Positions 24,327-37,589 of a stretch of DNA of 64,000 bases are shown here, in pieces. Below the pieces are notes generated by a model that ran no database searches, had not been told where the DNA came from, and worked only from the letters and a program-made list of their open reading frames with translations. The stretch's first letter is position 1. Every line of letters begins with the position of its first letter. The translations under genes and the position numbers were made by a program. Source of the stretch: Parasitella parasitica NRRL 2501 (lineage: Eukaryota; Fungi; Mucoromycota); the NCBI GenBank assembly GCA_025201805.1, contig MU619245.1:68697-132696 (forward strand). Direction: 5' to 3'.

Positions 24327-27300
24327 TTAGACTTCTTTAGCCACAGATCTGCTGGCCCTGGTCTCTGAATTGAAGCCTTCTCGCAAGACATCTACCTTGT
24401 GCTTGACTTTATCAAGGCTCCATGCTACTTTACGCACCACTCGATGCTTGCTAATACTCTTCTTTCTTTTCTGATTGATCATATCAGCCTGGAATTCAGT
24501 GTCATCCATGTCGGAGACATTGTCTTCATCATCCTCGTCATCATCGTCTTCGCCGTATTCAGATGACAAGCTAGAGCGTCTTCTGCTTTCGTTGAACTCT
24601 TGAGCTTCGTTCTGACGATGCTTCTCTGCCTGCACCGCTGCTTGCATATCATAATCAAATGGCTCTTGCTCTGCATCGCCATCATCCTTGTTATCATTGT
24701 CTTGCTTCTTTTTGTTTTGATCCTGGACCCATTTCTGAGCCTTGTATTTGAGCGTTTCGTTATAGAATGGGTCGGCACCGACAAAGTCCTTTGTAAATGT
24801 TCTCAAGTGCGTATGGACAGGAGAGAAGCCAGGTATGATCTTCATGCGAAGTGTCACTTGGCCAAATTCACCGTCCTCAGGCCAAGGATCTTCGTTGCGA
24901 TTAGATTCCTTGGTTTTCTCGCCGAGGTACGGCTGGAGACCAACTGCAATGTCTTGCCATTGGTTGTCTACCATGTTTTTCAACCAGAAACGGCCAGTTG
25001 ATTTAGTGGTAGAGATAGACCCTTGAGTAATATGAACGTATAAAGCAGTGCGATAACGCATCATAAGGGGAAAGTACAAGTGTTCGCCATACCATCCGTA
25101 TGGGCCTGTTTGCTCGGTAGTTGCGGCTTGATTTTCCTCTTGCTGCTCTTGGTCAGGATAAGGTTTAGTGATATTCTTGGCCTTGAGACGCTTTATCATT
25201 ACAGGCTCTACATTGAGCGCCAATGTAGCTTTGGTAGAATTGATGTAATTGTCATCGTAGGGCTCCTTGAGATTGGTCAGGCCCACTCTTTCAATGATAA
25301 GAGTACCGACATCTGTATCGACATGGATGAGTATATGGTTGTAAAAATCAGCAATACACATACCAGATCCCTGTAGTTCGCGAGGCAATGTCATTTTGAC
25401 TGGCTTATACTTGATTGACAGCAAAATTTTACCAAACCCAATGCCATTTGTAAGGGGGATCCATTTCTGCACCTCTTTGAACTTGTCTTCCTGTTCGACA
25501 AACAGATCCTTCAAGAGCAAGGATTTGGTTCCCAACACAGGATCACGTTCCAGGTCCACAGATGTCTTGACAGAGATGCGAATAAAGGTATTTTCATAAT
25601 CCCTTACAAGATGCTCAGTGATCGCATTCCAATGCTAAAAAATAAAGTTTTAATATGCAACCAATAAGAGGAGCACATGCAAAACCAATAATACTTACAG
25701 GGCTAGGATTCCTTAATTTTGTACGAGTTTGGTACACCTTGTTGTCGTTGATGTAGAGAACGGCATACGGGCTGACCACTTTATTTGGATTATATGGGTG
25801 CCTAAACTCGTCGCCCGCAGGTAACACCTCAGGATCACCAATTTCCAGGTCAACAGCTTGGTGTATTTGAACAGACAGAATACCGTTTGTATGCGCAGGA
25901 TCAACAGGAACATCCAAGGCGGCGTTCTTTTCAGCCTCGTCCTTTTGCTGATCTTGTTTGTCCTTTTTCTTTTCTTTGACCAAGGCCTCACCCGAGAAGA
26001 TTGCCATGTTGGGGGTGGGGTATTTGGGATGGAAGCTCATTTTCATATTGAGCTTAACCTTGGACCTGCTTTCGTCTTTGCCGTCAATAGGCGTCCAGCC
26101 GTCAAATACGACACGCTCCTCCATACAGTAGCTACAGACATTGCCCAGCTTATCCAGTTTTCCTTGCACAATGTCCTTGACTGACATAGAGACAGAGCCC
26201 CACATGTCGTCAAATTTGACCTTGTCCGCATCCCACACCTTCACGTCCACTTTGGTTTCGGATACAATGTCGTCTGGGTAAAAATTTAAGAGTTGAGTGC
26301 TTGAAGCACGCGGATGGTGCATTATCTACTACACATACCCTTATAAACCAGTACGTAGAGATTTTCATTCCAACTAGGATCCTTATCATTCGTCAGGACA
26401 CGAGTACTCGACGAGCTCTTCTTTGGCTGCGTACTAAGTGAGAGAGTAGCGTACGAATCCTCCATGTCTTGCAGCTGAATAGAGCTATCCCTTGTGGCTC
26501 CACGGATTTCAACCTTGACAACACCGATTGCATTTGTGTCCTGATCAAAGGCGCCCATCAACGCCTTGATATCAATCGTCATGCTCTTTGGGTCCACCAA
26601 ATCGGCAAAACCGAGTTTGACGCCTTCATTGACCAAAGTCTTGATGGTAGGCAGCTGTTATCGTTGCTATTAATGACACATGCATGTTGCTGAAATCACA
26701 GCACTTACATTCATGATATTGAGATGCTTGGATAATGGCATGACGCCAGTTTCGATTTTCGGAACACTAGTAAACGCAATCGTTGCTTTTGAAACGAATG
26801 GCAAATCAGGACAAGTTAGAATTTTGAATCGAATCTTTCCAGAGACTGCAGTCAGCTCTGCTTTCACTTCAAGTGGTGCTTTAAGAGCAGTTTGGAATCG
26901 AATGGCCAAGCCAGGCGGTGTTGCCTTGGGGCTTCGGTTGGTCACCAAGGAAGCAACAGGATGGGCGTGGAAGCTGAACGCAGCCTCGCCAAACTACGAA
27001 ATGCGTTGTATCAGTATCTTTTTGTCGAGATGTGGTATTAGACGACTTACGATGCTTTCCTCAGGCTGGCCAGGCAGCGGTGGGAATACCCGAACCCTGG
27101 ATTAAGATTGGGTTAAGGTTTGCAAGTGTACACATGTATGATGTGGAAATAACTTACATTTGAATACGTGGTGCTTGCACGCCAATATCAAAGTCTGAAA
27201 CTTTGACATTTTGCTGTATAAGGAAAAAAAATAAAAAAAAATAGGGATTTGAGTAAATTGTCTACTAGAATACTTTGTACATGACTCTTACAATAAATTT

Positions 27301-28259
27301 AGGTGAGACGCTCTGCAGCGTATCTTCCAAAAGATCTTGTACTACAGTAAACATATCGGGATCGACGCTGCGCCAAACCTTTTCAAGCATGTAATTGAGC
27401 CACTCCACAGACTCGCCTTCAGAAGTGTACAGCTATAGAGTAGGGGAAAGAAAGAAAGGATAAGGACGTTGCACACAGACATTTTACACGTATTTACCGT
27501 CTTGAGGTTTTCCTGCTTTTCCAATTGCCATTCTAAACCAGCAGAACTTGTTCTGCCTAGGTTCCAGTACGCCCATGCGCATAAACCGATTATGGCAAAC
27601 CCCCCAGTGTACCCAATTGTCAAGCGACCGGCAAGGTAGCAAACAAGACATGCCACTAGGATGTATTTGATGGCTTTAATCTGTAAGTTCCAGATCAATT
27701 CGTCAGGCTGAATGGGATTCAACGGAGTGGGGTTTTCTAGCTTGTGATGATCTGTTTCGCGAGAAAATGCTTCATCACTAGTATTGAAAATGTTTTTCAA
27801 GTCTGTCATTGTAGATTCAAAAGTGTTTTGCAGTTCAGAAGACTGGCTGCCTAAACGATGACGGCCGCGTCTTGTGTGGTTTGCAACAGGCTCGTTTTTG
27901 ATATCGTTTGAAGCGGGCTCTTGCGACATGTTGTCTGATAAGGAGGGGCCCCGTTGCTCATTAGGGTCGTTGGACCATACCTTGGCATGTGGATCTGATT
28001 GATCAGGCAGAATGCCTTCGTGGCGGTGCTCTTGCTGAGGCTTACCATGTACTTGTCCTGATGCATCCAGCGAATTTCCAGGCGCCTCATCTTTCTTTTC
28101 CTGCAACTCTTGTGATTCAGTCTTCTGAATGTGAGCCTTTTTTTGGATATCGCTGATTTCCTGCTTGTTTTCTTCCTGTCTTTCCTTCTCTTCCGCGGGA
28201 GCCTCTGTCATTTCCATCGCGGATTGCTGCTCTGAATTGAATTTCACAATGTCTGCCAT
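24327..28259 (-). CDS. SMP + C2-domain membrane-contact protein (tricalbin/extended-synaptotagmin-related, Mug190-like), multi-exon
   Basis: Acidic N-terminus, hydrophobic hairpin (YILVACLVCYLAGRLTIGYTGGFAIIGLCAWAYW), SMP start ESVEWLNYMLEKVWRSVDP, C2 domains (DSYATLSL...DPSWNENLYVLV; GILSVQIHQAVDLE...SPYAVLYIND; DLERDPVLG), acidic/basic tail. Confidence 0.85.
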
Positions 28260-28884
28260 TTGTGTGTACTGATTTCAGCAAGAAGAAAAGGCAAGATTTG
28301 CATGAAACTGACGCTGTGCTTTTCTACCTCGCTAGATTATAAAAAAAAAAAACAGCAAGAGATCCAAGCTTTTTAAGGAAATTAATTCATGACACCCACT
28401 GTACGTCAGGTTTCTACATGCATGATTTATAAAAAAAAAAAAAAAAAAAAATTAAAAGACATGCATAGGGAGTTGCTGATGCATTTCGCGCTTATGCCTC
28501 CATTTCCGCTGCTATCGCTTTTCCCTGTTGTTTGCTTATCTATCAATATCATCGCGCAACACAACAGGAGCATTATCCGTGGATCTGAGTTTTGCCCATT
28601 GCAAAAGTATAACGTTGATTTCGGGTGGGGATGGAAATGCGTTGACTAGGTTACCCTGATGCAGACGCCTATTGGCTCGCGACACCGACTCTTATTTAAA
28701 CAAACTCCAAAGATTCGGAGCCGCTTCCCTTTTAAGAGACAATTTCAGTCGAACCCGATAGATGATCCGAGCTTGAAAGCCCATACTTGGTAAGCCTGCC
28801 CTTGATTTTGGATGGCTATAAATACCTGTCTGCTGTTTGATTCCTTTCGCCTTTACCTGTCTCTTTCTTTATCATCCGCAACAC

Positions 28885-30506
28885 ATGCTTAGATCAATTG
28901 TCCATCTGCGTGCCTGTTCTCGCAGAGCAACGCTATCCGCCAGCCAAAGGGCACGATTAGCTACAAGCTCCCGTCAGATCCGGGGTGCACAGCCCTCCTT
29001 GATCGAGGCAGATCACGATTTCTCTCGATTCCAGAATTTCACTAGTAAGTCAAGGATGTCCACAATGAATAAACAGAGGTGCTCACACACCAAGGACAGA
29101 AAAAGTGTACACTGCTCGTCCTATCGCATTCTGGATGGACAAAATCCTGGAGAAAGAAAGCAAGAAACCGCTCGATCTGCAAACCAGCCAGCATGAGCAC
29201 GTCACTGTTAGCAAGACAATGTCTGACAGCTACATGGAGGAATATCTTCCCTTCAAATCCTCGCCCGCATTGCTGGATGAATACATCACAACAGGCGGCA
29301 AGATCAGAATCGGAAAAATCCTCGAAGACCTCGACGCATTGGCTGCTGCTATATCCTACAAGCACATTGATACCTTTGCGGCAGGCCCTCCCATGACAGC
29401 TGTCACTGCTAGTGTTGATCGCATGGAACTACTCATGCCAAACACAGTGCAAGATTTCAAGCTCTCGGGTCATGTTGCTCATGTCGGTAAAAGTAGCATG
29501 GAAGGTACGTTGCATCGTTGTTCTGCGTGATAAAAAAAAAAAAAAATTTTTTTTTGCAAAGGCACTAAAAATGATTTGTCATCTATCAAATGTAGTATTC
29601 GTCAAATTAGAGACCATGTCTGTATACAACCCAAAGATTTTAGAAGCATCCGCTTTCCCTCCCAGAGACTTTATCGCCGAACCAACGTCCAACACTGTCT
29701 TATTCGCTCGTTTCACTATGGTGGCTATCAATTCAGCGACTGGAAAATCTGTCCGAGTCAATCCTTTGGTTACACGCACTGACAAGGAAAAGAAAATCTG
29801 CGAGTATGCCCAAGATTGCAAATCTCGTAAGCGACTTGTCGGCGAATCAGCTCTTAGCAAGGCACCTCCGACTGAGGACGAGAGGCTGACACTTCACAAC
29901 ATTTACATGAACTATTCCAAAGAAAACAAGACCACAGCACCCGAGAATACTGTCTGGATGGAAGACACCAAGCTGCAAAGCGTGTTTCTGATGCAACCTC
30001 AAGATCGCAACATCCAGAATAAAGTGTTTGGCGGATACCTGATGAGACGAGCTTATGAACTAGCACACGCTACTGGCTCTGTATACGCTAAATGTCCCGT
30101 CAAGCTGCTGTCCCTGGATGAAATTATCTTTAAAAAACCTGTGCCTGTCGGGTCTCTATTGAATTTGTCCTCCCAAGTCATATATGCCCAAGGAGATCCC
30201 CACAAATCCTTTCAAGTCAGCGTTGCTGCTGAGGTTACGGATATTGAGACGGGAGCAACTGATCTAACAAACACCTTTCACTTTACTTTGGCTGCCCAAG
30301 ACAAACCTGTGCCGAAAATCCTGCCTAGAACATATGCCGAAAGCATCTTATATCTTGAAGGTAATGCATTATTTGATAATGACAAATGGTAAATGCGCAT
30401 ACTAAATATATTCAACTACTATATAGGGAAGAGAAAGCGTGAAGAAGGTGTTCAGGCAAAGGAGCAGCTGCTAAACTTAATGTCCAATAACGACGACCAA
30501 CACTAG
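28885..30506 (+). CDS. Mitochondrial double-hotdog acyl-CoA thioesterase (ACOT9-like), 4 exons
   Basis: Arg-rich presequence; IRIGKILEDLDALA; VTASVDR; GHVAHVGKSSME; QPQDRNIQNKVFGGYLMRRAYELA; FKKPVPVGSLL; TNTFHFT; PRTYAESILYLEGKR. Confidence 0.92.
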
Positions 30507-31784
30507 ATTGCATGTTACTATTTATTCTATTTTCATACACATTAATCATTTCTCAACTAACCATCCTAAGCACATATATGCATTTTTTTTTATTTTTTAT
30601 TTTTTATTTATTATTTATTATTTATTATTTTTTCATTACAATTAAATCATCAAATTTTCCATTAACAAAAGAAACAAAAGAAAAACGTTCCTTTAGTATG
30701 CACATGGACCACTTTTTTTTTTTTTTAAAAAAAAAAAGCAATGCAATGTGAATGCATGTCGAGTATAGTCCATCTTGAACCATCTGAAGGCCTATACCAT
30801 TCACACAAACTATAAATATTTATAAACAAACAATCACATGCCCACGTATACATTTATGCATCTGCATTGTAATATTCAATTCAACCCTGAATATCCTGAT
30901 TTAGCAGTGGTTTGACAGCTTTTGTTGCTAGGCAACCCATCCATTTTTACTAGATTCTTTTTACATGACCCATTTCTTACCTTCTTCACTGATTAAATGA
31001 TAATAATGATGCCTTCTGCACTATACATTGTGGAATCATACCAAATTTTGTCAATATTATTTAGCTTCCCTCAATGCTATGGAATTCGTAAAAATGATGA
31101 GTGACGTTTTCTATGAAAATTGGTCTCTCAAATGCGCGTGCTACCTGGTATACTAATATCAGTGGTAACATTGCTAATAGAGCATGTGTGCATATATTAC
31201 TGCACATACAAGTAAAAAGATCAAATATGCATGTTGCAATATATGGAAGCTATCACATGAAGTAAAAAAAAGGATTAAAGATGGTAATTTACAGCCCTAC
31301 GACTCACAGCTTTGTTTCTAATTATCTAGGTGCCAACAGCACCATCATTTGACACAATTCTTTATCTTGGGTAACAAATAACGTGTGCACACCGTGGCTG
31401 ATAATAATCATAACAATAACGAGTCTGCATAGTTGGGCTGATGCTAATAAGAATTATTTACATTGACACACCAAAACAATAAAGCACGTAATAATTCAGA
31501 ATCTCCATGTTTATTGGAAATATTCTCAAAGTCCAGATGCAATAATATGAGATCTCTGTTTTCGTTGTACCATATCAGCAAATAAATAGAGGCTTCTATT
31601 TCCTGATAAAAGGTAGAATGTTTAAAGTCCTTTGAGAAACTCCAAGTAATATAAAGGTACACTTGTAAAACGCCACGGAAAAAAAAACAAGGTGTAACGA
31701 TGATACATTCCAATCAAAAATTGGTCTAGTAGAATTCCATAAACATCAATGCTTTACCAAATATGTACTCTTTTTCTTTGGGCT

Positions 31785-31794
31785 NNNNNNNNNN
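31785..31794. other. Assembly gap (10 N)
   Basis: nnnnnnnnnn followed by an A run. Confidence 0.99.
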
Positions 31795-34700
31795 AAAAAA
31801 AAAAAAAAAAAGAAGGAATTGTAGAGCTCATAATGTTGTGGATAACTTTGTGTACAAATGATTCTTTTTTGGTTTATAGTTTGATGTTTTCGTAAAGTTT
31901 AAAGCGGTGGTTCAAAAATCTTTATTAAGGCGAAACATATCGAATCCTTGTCGAGACAATGCAAGTTTAATTTCTTTTTTTGATTTGACATATTGGCAGT
32001 AGTGAAATCAGTCATCTTTTGTATATAGCAGCAGTATCTTGCAATCTTTATTTAAAGTAGTATAGAACATTTATCTTGTCTTTAAATCTGTTCAAATTTG
32101 TTTGCATAGCTTAAAATGATCCGTATTTTCGCAATGCTTTGGTTATAAACAAGGCACAGGACAGTTAGAACTGGGTAGCAAGATGCACAATGTTTACATT
32201 AGCCTCAATAAAGCAAAATGATCGTATAACTGAGTGTTAAACCAAGGAGATTGTGTGCCTTGGTTTTGAAACTCGTTCGGTGACGCAGACTTTATAGGCA
32301 ATGTACAAAGAAAAGATAAAAACTTACCCCTCTTCTCTTTTGTCAAGGAAACACTCTTTTTTACTCTTAAAAACTATTCATGAATACCCCAAACATTACC
32401 GTCCTTTGATTTCCCGAATTTCCCATTTATTGCAGCTATCTCAATGGCGATTTCTACTGCAATACATATCCCTCCTCATCCCGAGAATACAAGGTCACCA
32501 CTTCAAGACATTGCAAGCTGTCTATTTAAGCTTACTTGCGTTTGCTCGGTCTGGAAGCATCTCCCCTTGCATGGTCTCGCAATGGTAGATAATTTTTCCT
32601 CTTTTTCCCGCCCTCCTTTTTTTTTCTCTCTCGGTTGTCTGACCCCTACATGTCTTGGTCACACACCTGTCTTCCGCCAACAATGAATTGTTACAAATGC
32701 GACATTGCATTCTTCTCTGCTCTGCATCATGGGAGTTAGACAGAGGGGGGGGTGGATGAGTAGAAACGTCAGTTTGAGACCGCCACACATACTTACAAAC
32801 AACAACAATACTGCTGGCAGGAGAACATGTGTTGGGATTTGCCTAGAGAGCTGGTGGTCCAAACTAATCTTCTGCTTGAATATCCTTAGTGTCATTGGGC
32901 ACCTGGGCATCTAGACTATAGAAAGAGCTCCTGTTTTTCCACCGGGCGTGAGGCTCTTTTTGACTTATATACATATTACTACAGACATTTACTGACAATC
33001 ATGTAGTCTCGCAAAAAAAAAAAAAAATTGCATATAAAAATTCGACTTTTGATTCTTCACTCGAAATATACTTGAAATAAACAAAAAAAAGTTTCTCTCC
33101 TGAACGTAAACCAAACGACATTTCCTTTTCTATAATTCATTGATCTAGTCTTTTGATCCAGTAAAGACCCATGATTTTCGCAAACATACACTGAAAACTC
33201 TAGCATATGCTTACTTAGATCAACATGTCAAGCAACGAGCAAAAAATTCTGATCAGAAGGCACTCTCAATTCCAATGCGTAAACAATTTTTTTATCTTAT
33301 ATATATGTATATATTCAAAGATCTGCTTCTTTTACGAGATATAAGCTATAGCTCCTGACATGAATTGGGAGAGTACCCAGATGTTTGTGTAAGATAAACT
33401 TAGAACAGATGCTTGTCTCATCATTTTAAATTGTCTCTTTGATCCATCGTAAAATGAACATTTTCTATTTTCGGTCTTGGTTATTAAATACAAACCGTAA
33501 GAAGCTTTGATGTATGTGCAAAGCACCATCAAACGAGATCCGTGAATCAATAAACAATGAAATAAAAATTGTTTAACTTTAGAAAGCTGTAGAGGTCAAT
33601 GGTTCACTATACAAATATAAATCCGCTCGTAACTCGTAGTAAATGTTTACTTATTCATCATGTTGCTGGCATAGTAAAATGTACGGCCTTCATCCGAGTT
33701 TGGATTCTTTTGAAACCTCAACAATAATTATGATTTGTCTGTCTGTCTTTTGCACACAGAAGCTTGTTCATTAATATCTTGATCAGCTTGAGTTCTGGTA
33801 GTTTCTACTAAAATATCGTTAGCATGTATAAAACAGATACAAGTGATTCAGGCACTTTTAGAGATCTGTCGATCTTGTCGCTTTTGTTTATACTGTTATA
33901 TAATCGCTTGCTTAATATATAAAATTGGGCTTCTTAGCATAGATTGAATGTAAAATGCATGTTTTCCTCAACCTTGGTGTCATCAAAAGGTGTTTGTAGA
34001 TTTGAGAAGATTCGGGTTAAACGTTCTAGACTTCTTTATTGCCCCACACTTCGAATTTCCTTTGCGAAACACTTGGCACATCAACCACTATGATAAGCTA
34101 CTTTTCAGTCAGTAAAGTTTATGGTGTCAGTAATAGAGTTAACAAGTACTAGTACGGTTGATTTACTATTATGCGCCCTAAAATGCGATCCTCGGTTGCT
34201 AAATCAGCTTACTCGCTTCGAACTGCGCACTTACCACACTTCGATTAGTACTATTCAACACTCCAAATATCAAGTAAATGATTTATTTAGTTCACAATCT
34301 CTTCTTCCATTAAAATTATGAGATACACGCTGTATTGGCTTTCTTAGAAAGAGAAAAGAGATGATTCAGAATTATATCATACAAAGTTTTGTTTTATTTT
34401 TATTTTTATAGATTGATGCCGCCATCCAAGATGTTGGTGCATATCACTGATGAATTTGTTGCACCAATTAATCCCCTTTGCGTTTCAGCTTTTGTCAAAC
34501 AACATGAAAGAATATATTGTAGTCAATGACATTTGAGTGTTCCTATTGCGACATAAAATAAGATTTGTATGCGTTTCAAAGTTCGCTTGAGCCCAAAGAA
34601 AGAAGAAACTACACAAAATATTAGACTAATCATAGGATTTTATGTCATTCAAAACGATGATCCTGGCAGCCCTTTATGTGATAAGCTTCTACATCTTGAT

Positions 34701-36034
34701 TCATGGGCTAAAGTTTAGGGTCTGCTTGACCCTAAAAAAAAACATAGTAAGATTAAAATACAAAGCAGCAGCAGACTGATATCAATAACCATTGAAATCA
34801 AAGAACACCCTGGACATTTGTTTATCCATTAGTCAACCGTAATTTCTGTTTTTCCCGAGCGTGTTATGGATAATGATTTGTAGCCGCGTTGATTGGATGT
34901 ACCCATTACAGATATGAGAGTATGGATACAGTTTTGTCAGATATGAAAAACATACCCCTTCCTTGTTGTATTTATCAAAAACTAATCATTAGTGGGTCTA
35001 TAAATTCGACAATGCAGCAAGCCGTTTGCCTCTTTTAAGCTGGATCAGGTTCGATTCACTTTTGCTCCCAGCTTTTCGTATCTTTGAGGAAGATGACCTA
35101 GGAAACTCTCTTTAAATTAGTAGTAGTGCTGCATCCGATTTCTTCAAAGGTTTTAAACTTTTTGAAATACAAAGGATGCTAAAGGGAGGTATACAACCAA
35201 CAATGGTGTTAATCCTCCTCCTCCTCCCCCCCACCCCCCTCTCTTGGCTTATCCGAATGAATCGCTCAATTTGATCCTGACCGTATATTTTTATAGAATT
35301 AGTTTATTAGGGCAAAAATCACATTGTTATTTTTTAAGAGTATTTTTTTTTCTACTGCTACTTTTGAAGATAAGTTTCGATGTATATGTCGCCCAATGGA
35401 AATAAAGTAAAAATCGATTAGCCTGATCGTGGCGATGTCAGACAAGTATAAAACAGGGCTTGTTTTGTTCTCCATACAAAGGTAGAGACACTTGTATGTA
35501 ATTCTTGTATGAAAGTTTTGGCATTTTCTGTAGCCAACTGTTTACGTGTTATGGTAACCAGTTATGCACCATCAGATGTGATCTTGGATAGACAACGGTG
35601 GTGTCTTTAGCAGAAGTTATTATGGACCAAAAACTCACATATTTCTTTATATTGCAGTAGCAAAGTAAAGGTATAATAAAGATAACTACAACGTTATTTA
35701 TCAGAATAGTTATTTAAATACGCCTTTGGCAGCATGTGGTGAGCAGACCAGCTCCTTTATTACTTGAACTTGTCTTGTATTAAAGCACTAGTGTTTATGT
35801 TTAAAACATCTGTACTTTACGAGATTCTTTTTATTTTTTTAATCAAATTAGTTATAGTTATACTTGATAATATAGCACAAGTAGGTATATTACTGTCGCA
35901 TTGCATTCATCTACATTAATCTGCATTAGTTTGCAGCAAGTGATGCCGCAGTTTCAAGAGAGTGACTTTTGGCGAAACGGTAACTTTTTCGTTAATTTTT
36001 TCACTAGTGTTTTGCCTTTCACCAACACCACAGC

Positions 36035-37331
36035 ATGTCGTCTCGACTCCCATTGCAATCGAGAGCAGTTCGACCTAAATTTCAGAATAAAAGAGCCATT
36101 TTTGGTGATGATGAGAATGAGGAAGAAAAGATAAAAGATGAACGCATTCTGGGTATTGAAGATAACAAAGTTAAAGAGTAAGTCTTCTATTAGGTTTTGC
36201 GGATTCCACCACACAAAGAAATTTATGCCATAGTTTCCTTATCTTTCGATAGAGCCGAGCCCAAAAAGGAGGCTGCTTCTCTAAGTATATCACCCTTGCC
36301 CAATGTAAATTGGCGTTCCAATGCCAAGCAGAAGAAGGAAATGTTCTTGCCAGCAACAGCGAAACAACCATCCAATGGAAGCGATGGTAGCAAACCCGAA
36401 ATACTGCAGCAAAATGAGTCGTCGTTTGGTCTGCAGATACAAAAGAAGAGGCAAATTGAAACTGTTGATATAGACGGGCACGTTGAATCAATTTCTGTGG
36501 AGGAGACAACATTGGATAAAATCCCAACAAAAACGCTGGAAGAGAAAGCTATTGAAGCCATCATCAAAGGTATAGTAATAAAAATAAGAGTTTCTTTGGA
36601 AAGAACGGTAATAATTCCTTTGTAGATTCCATGGGTGAGGGTGAAGATGATAAAGATCAAGGGCCAAAAAAAGTAATTCAAGTTGATGAAACATCAGCAT
36701 TCAGAGACGATTATGAACAACGACCAGACGAAACGACCATGGAAGACTATGAAAATATTCCTGTCGAAGAATTTGGCGCTGCTCTTTTACGAGGCTTGGG
36801 ATGGAACGAAGGCCAAGGCATTGGCAAAAATAGAAAGAACGCACCGTAAGTGGATTTGGCATTATATGATTGAGATGGTAACATGGTTGTAGAGCTCCAC
36901 CTCCTGCACCAGTGAAGCAAAGAGAGGCATTATTAGGGCTGGGAGCAAAGCCAGAGGATGTAGATAGCAACATTGACGAAAGGCAAAAGTTTAAAAATAG
37001 AAGAGCAGCATACGAATATAAAGATACCAGTTTATTCAAAAAGATTTCAAAGAGAAAATATGAGGATGAAGACGATAGAAGCTCAAGTCGTCACAGTCGT
37101 AGAGACAGAGACAAAGACAGAAGCAGAGACAGAGGCAGAGACAGAGGCAGAAGCAATCGCAGAGATCATGATGACAAGAGTCGAAGCAAAAGACGTAGCC
37201 GTAGCGCAGACAGAGACAGTAGCACATCCTCAAAAAGTTACCAAACTAGTCATAGTCATAGCAGTAGTCGCCACCGTCGTCATAGTTATAGCAGATCCCG
37301 CTCACCGGTATCAAGATCTAGTAGAAAGTAA
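36035..37331 (+). CDS. SPP2: Spp2/GPKOW-like G-patch splicing factor with RS/RD-rich tail, 4 exons
   Basis: G-patch DYENIPVEEFGAALLRGLGWNEGQGIGKN...REALLGLGAKP; N-terminal LSISPLPNVNWR motif; C-terminal RD/RS repeats. Confidence 0.85.
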
Positions 37332-37543
37332 AAATTATTTCATTATGAAAAAATAGAAGATTTGGAACATTGCGAATCTTGTGGCTATTTAATGATACGT
37401 TCAACTGCCTTTTAAAATGTTGCGCAATTCGCTTCATGAGAAGGAATATTGCGCCATCGTTTTGACTGATTACACTATCCAACCTCATTGAATATAAATA
37501 AGCCATGTCAAAATGTGGTTTCTTTTCACCCTCGTTTTTTTCT

Positions 37544-37548
<5 letters not shown>

Positions 37549-37574
<26 letters not shown>
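37549..37574. repeat. (TC)n microsatellite in the 5' region of the sulfate permease
   Basis: About 13 TC units directly visible. Confidence 0.9.
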
Positions 37575-37575
<1 letters not shown>

Positions 37576-37589
37576 TTTCTTCATCAAAG

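Noticed and set aside
33400-34330. Coding-like degenerate sequence, possibly an F-box/LRR relic
   Set aside because: Many stops and no motif I could support.
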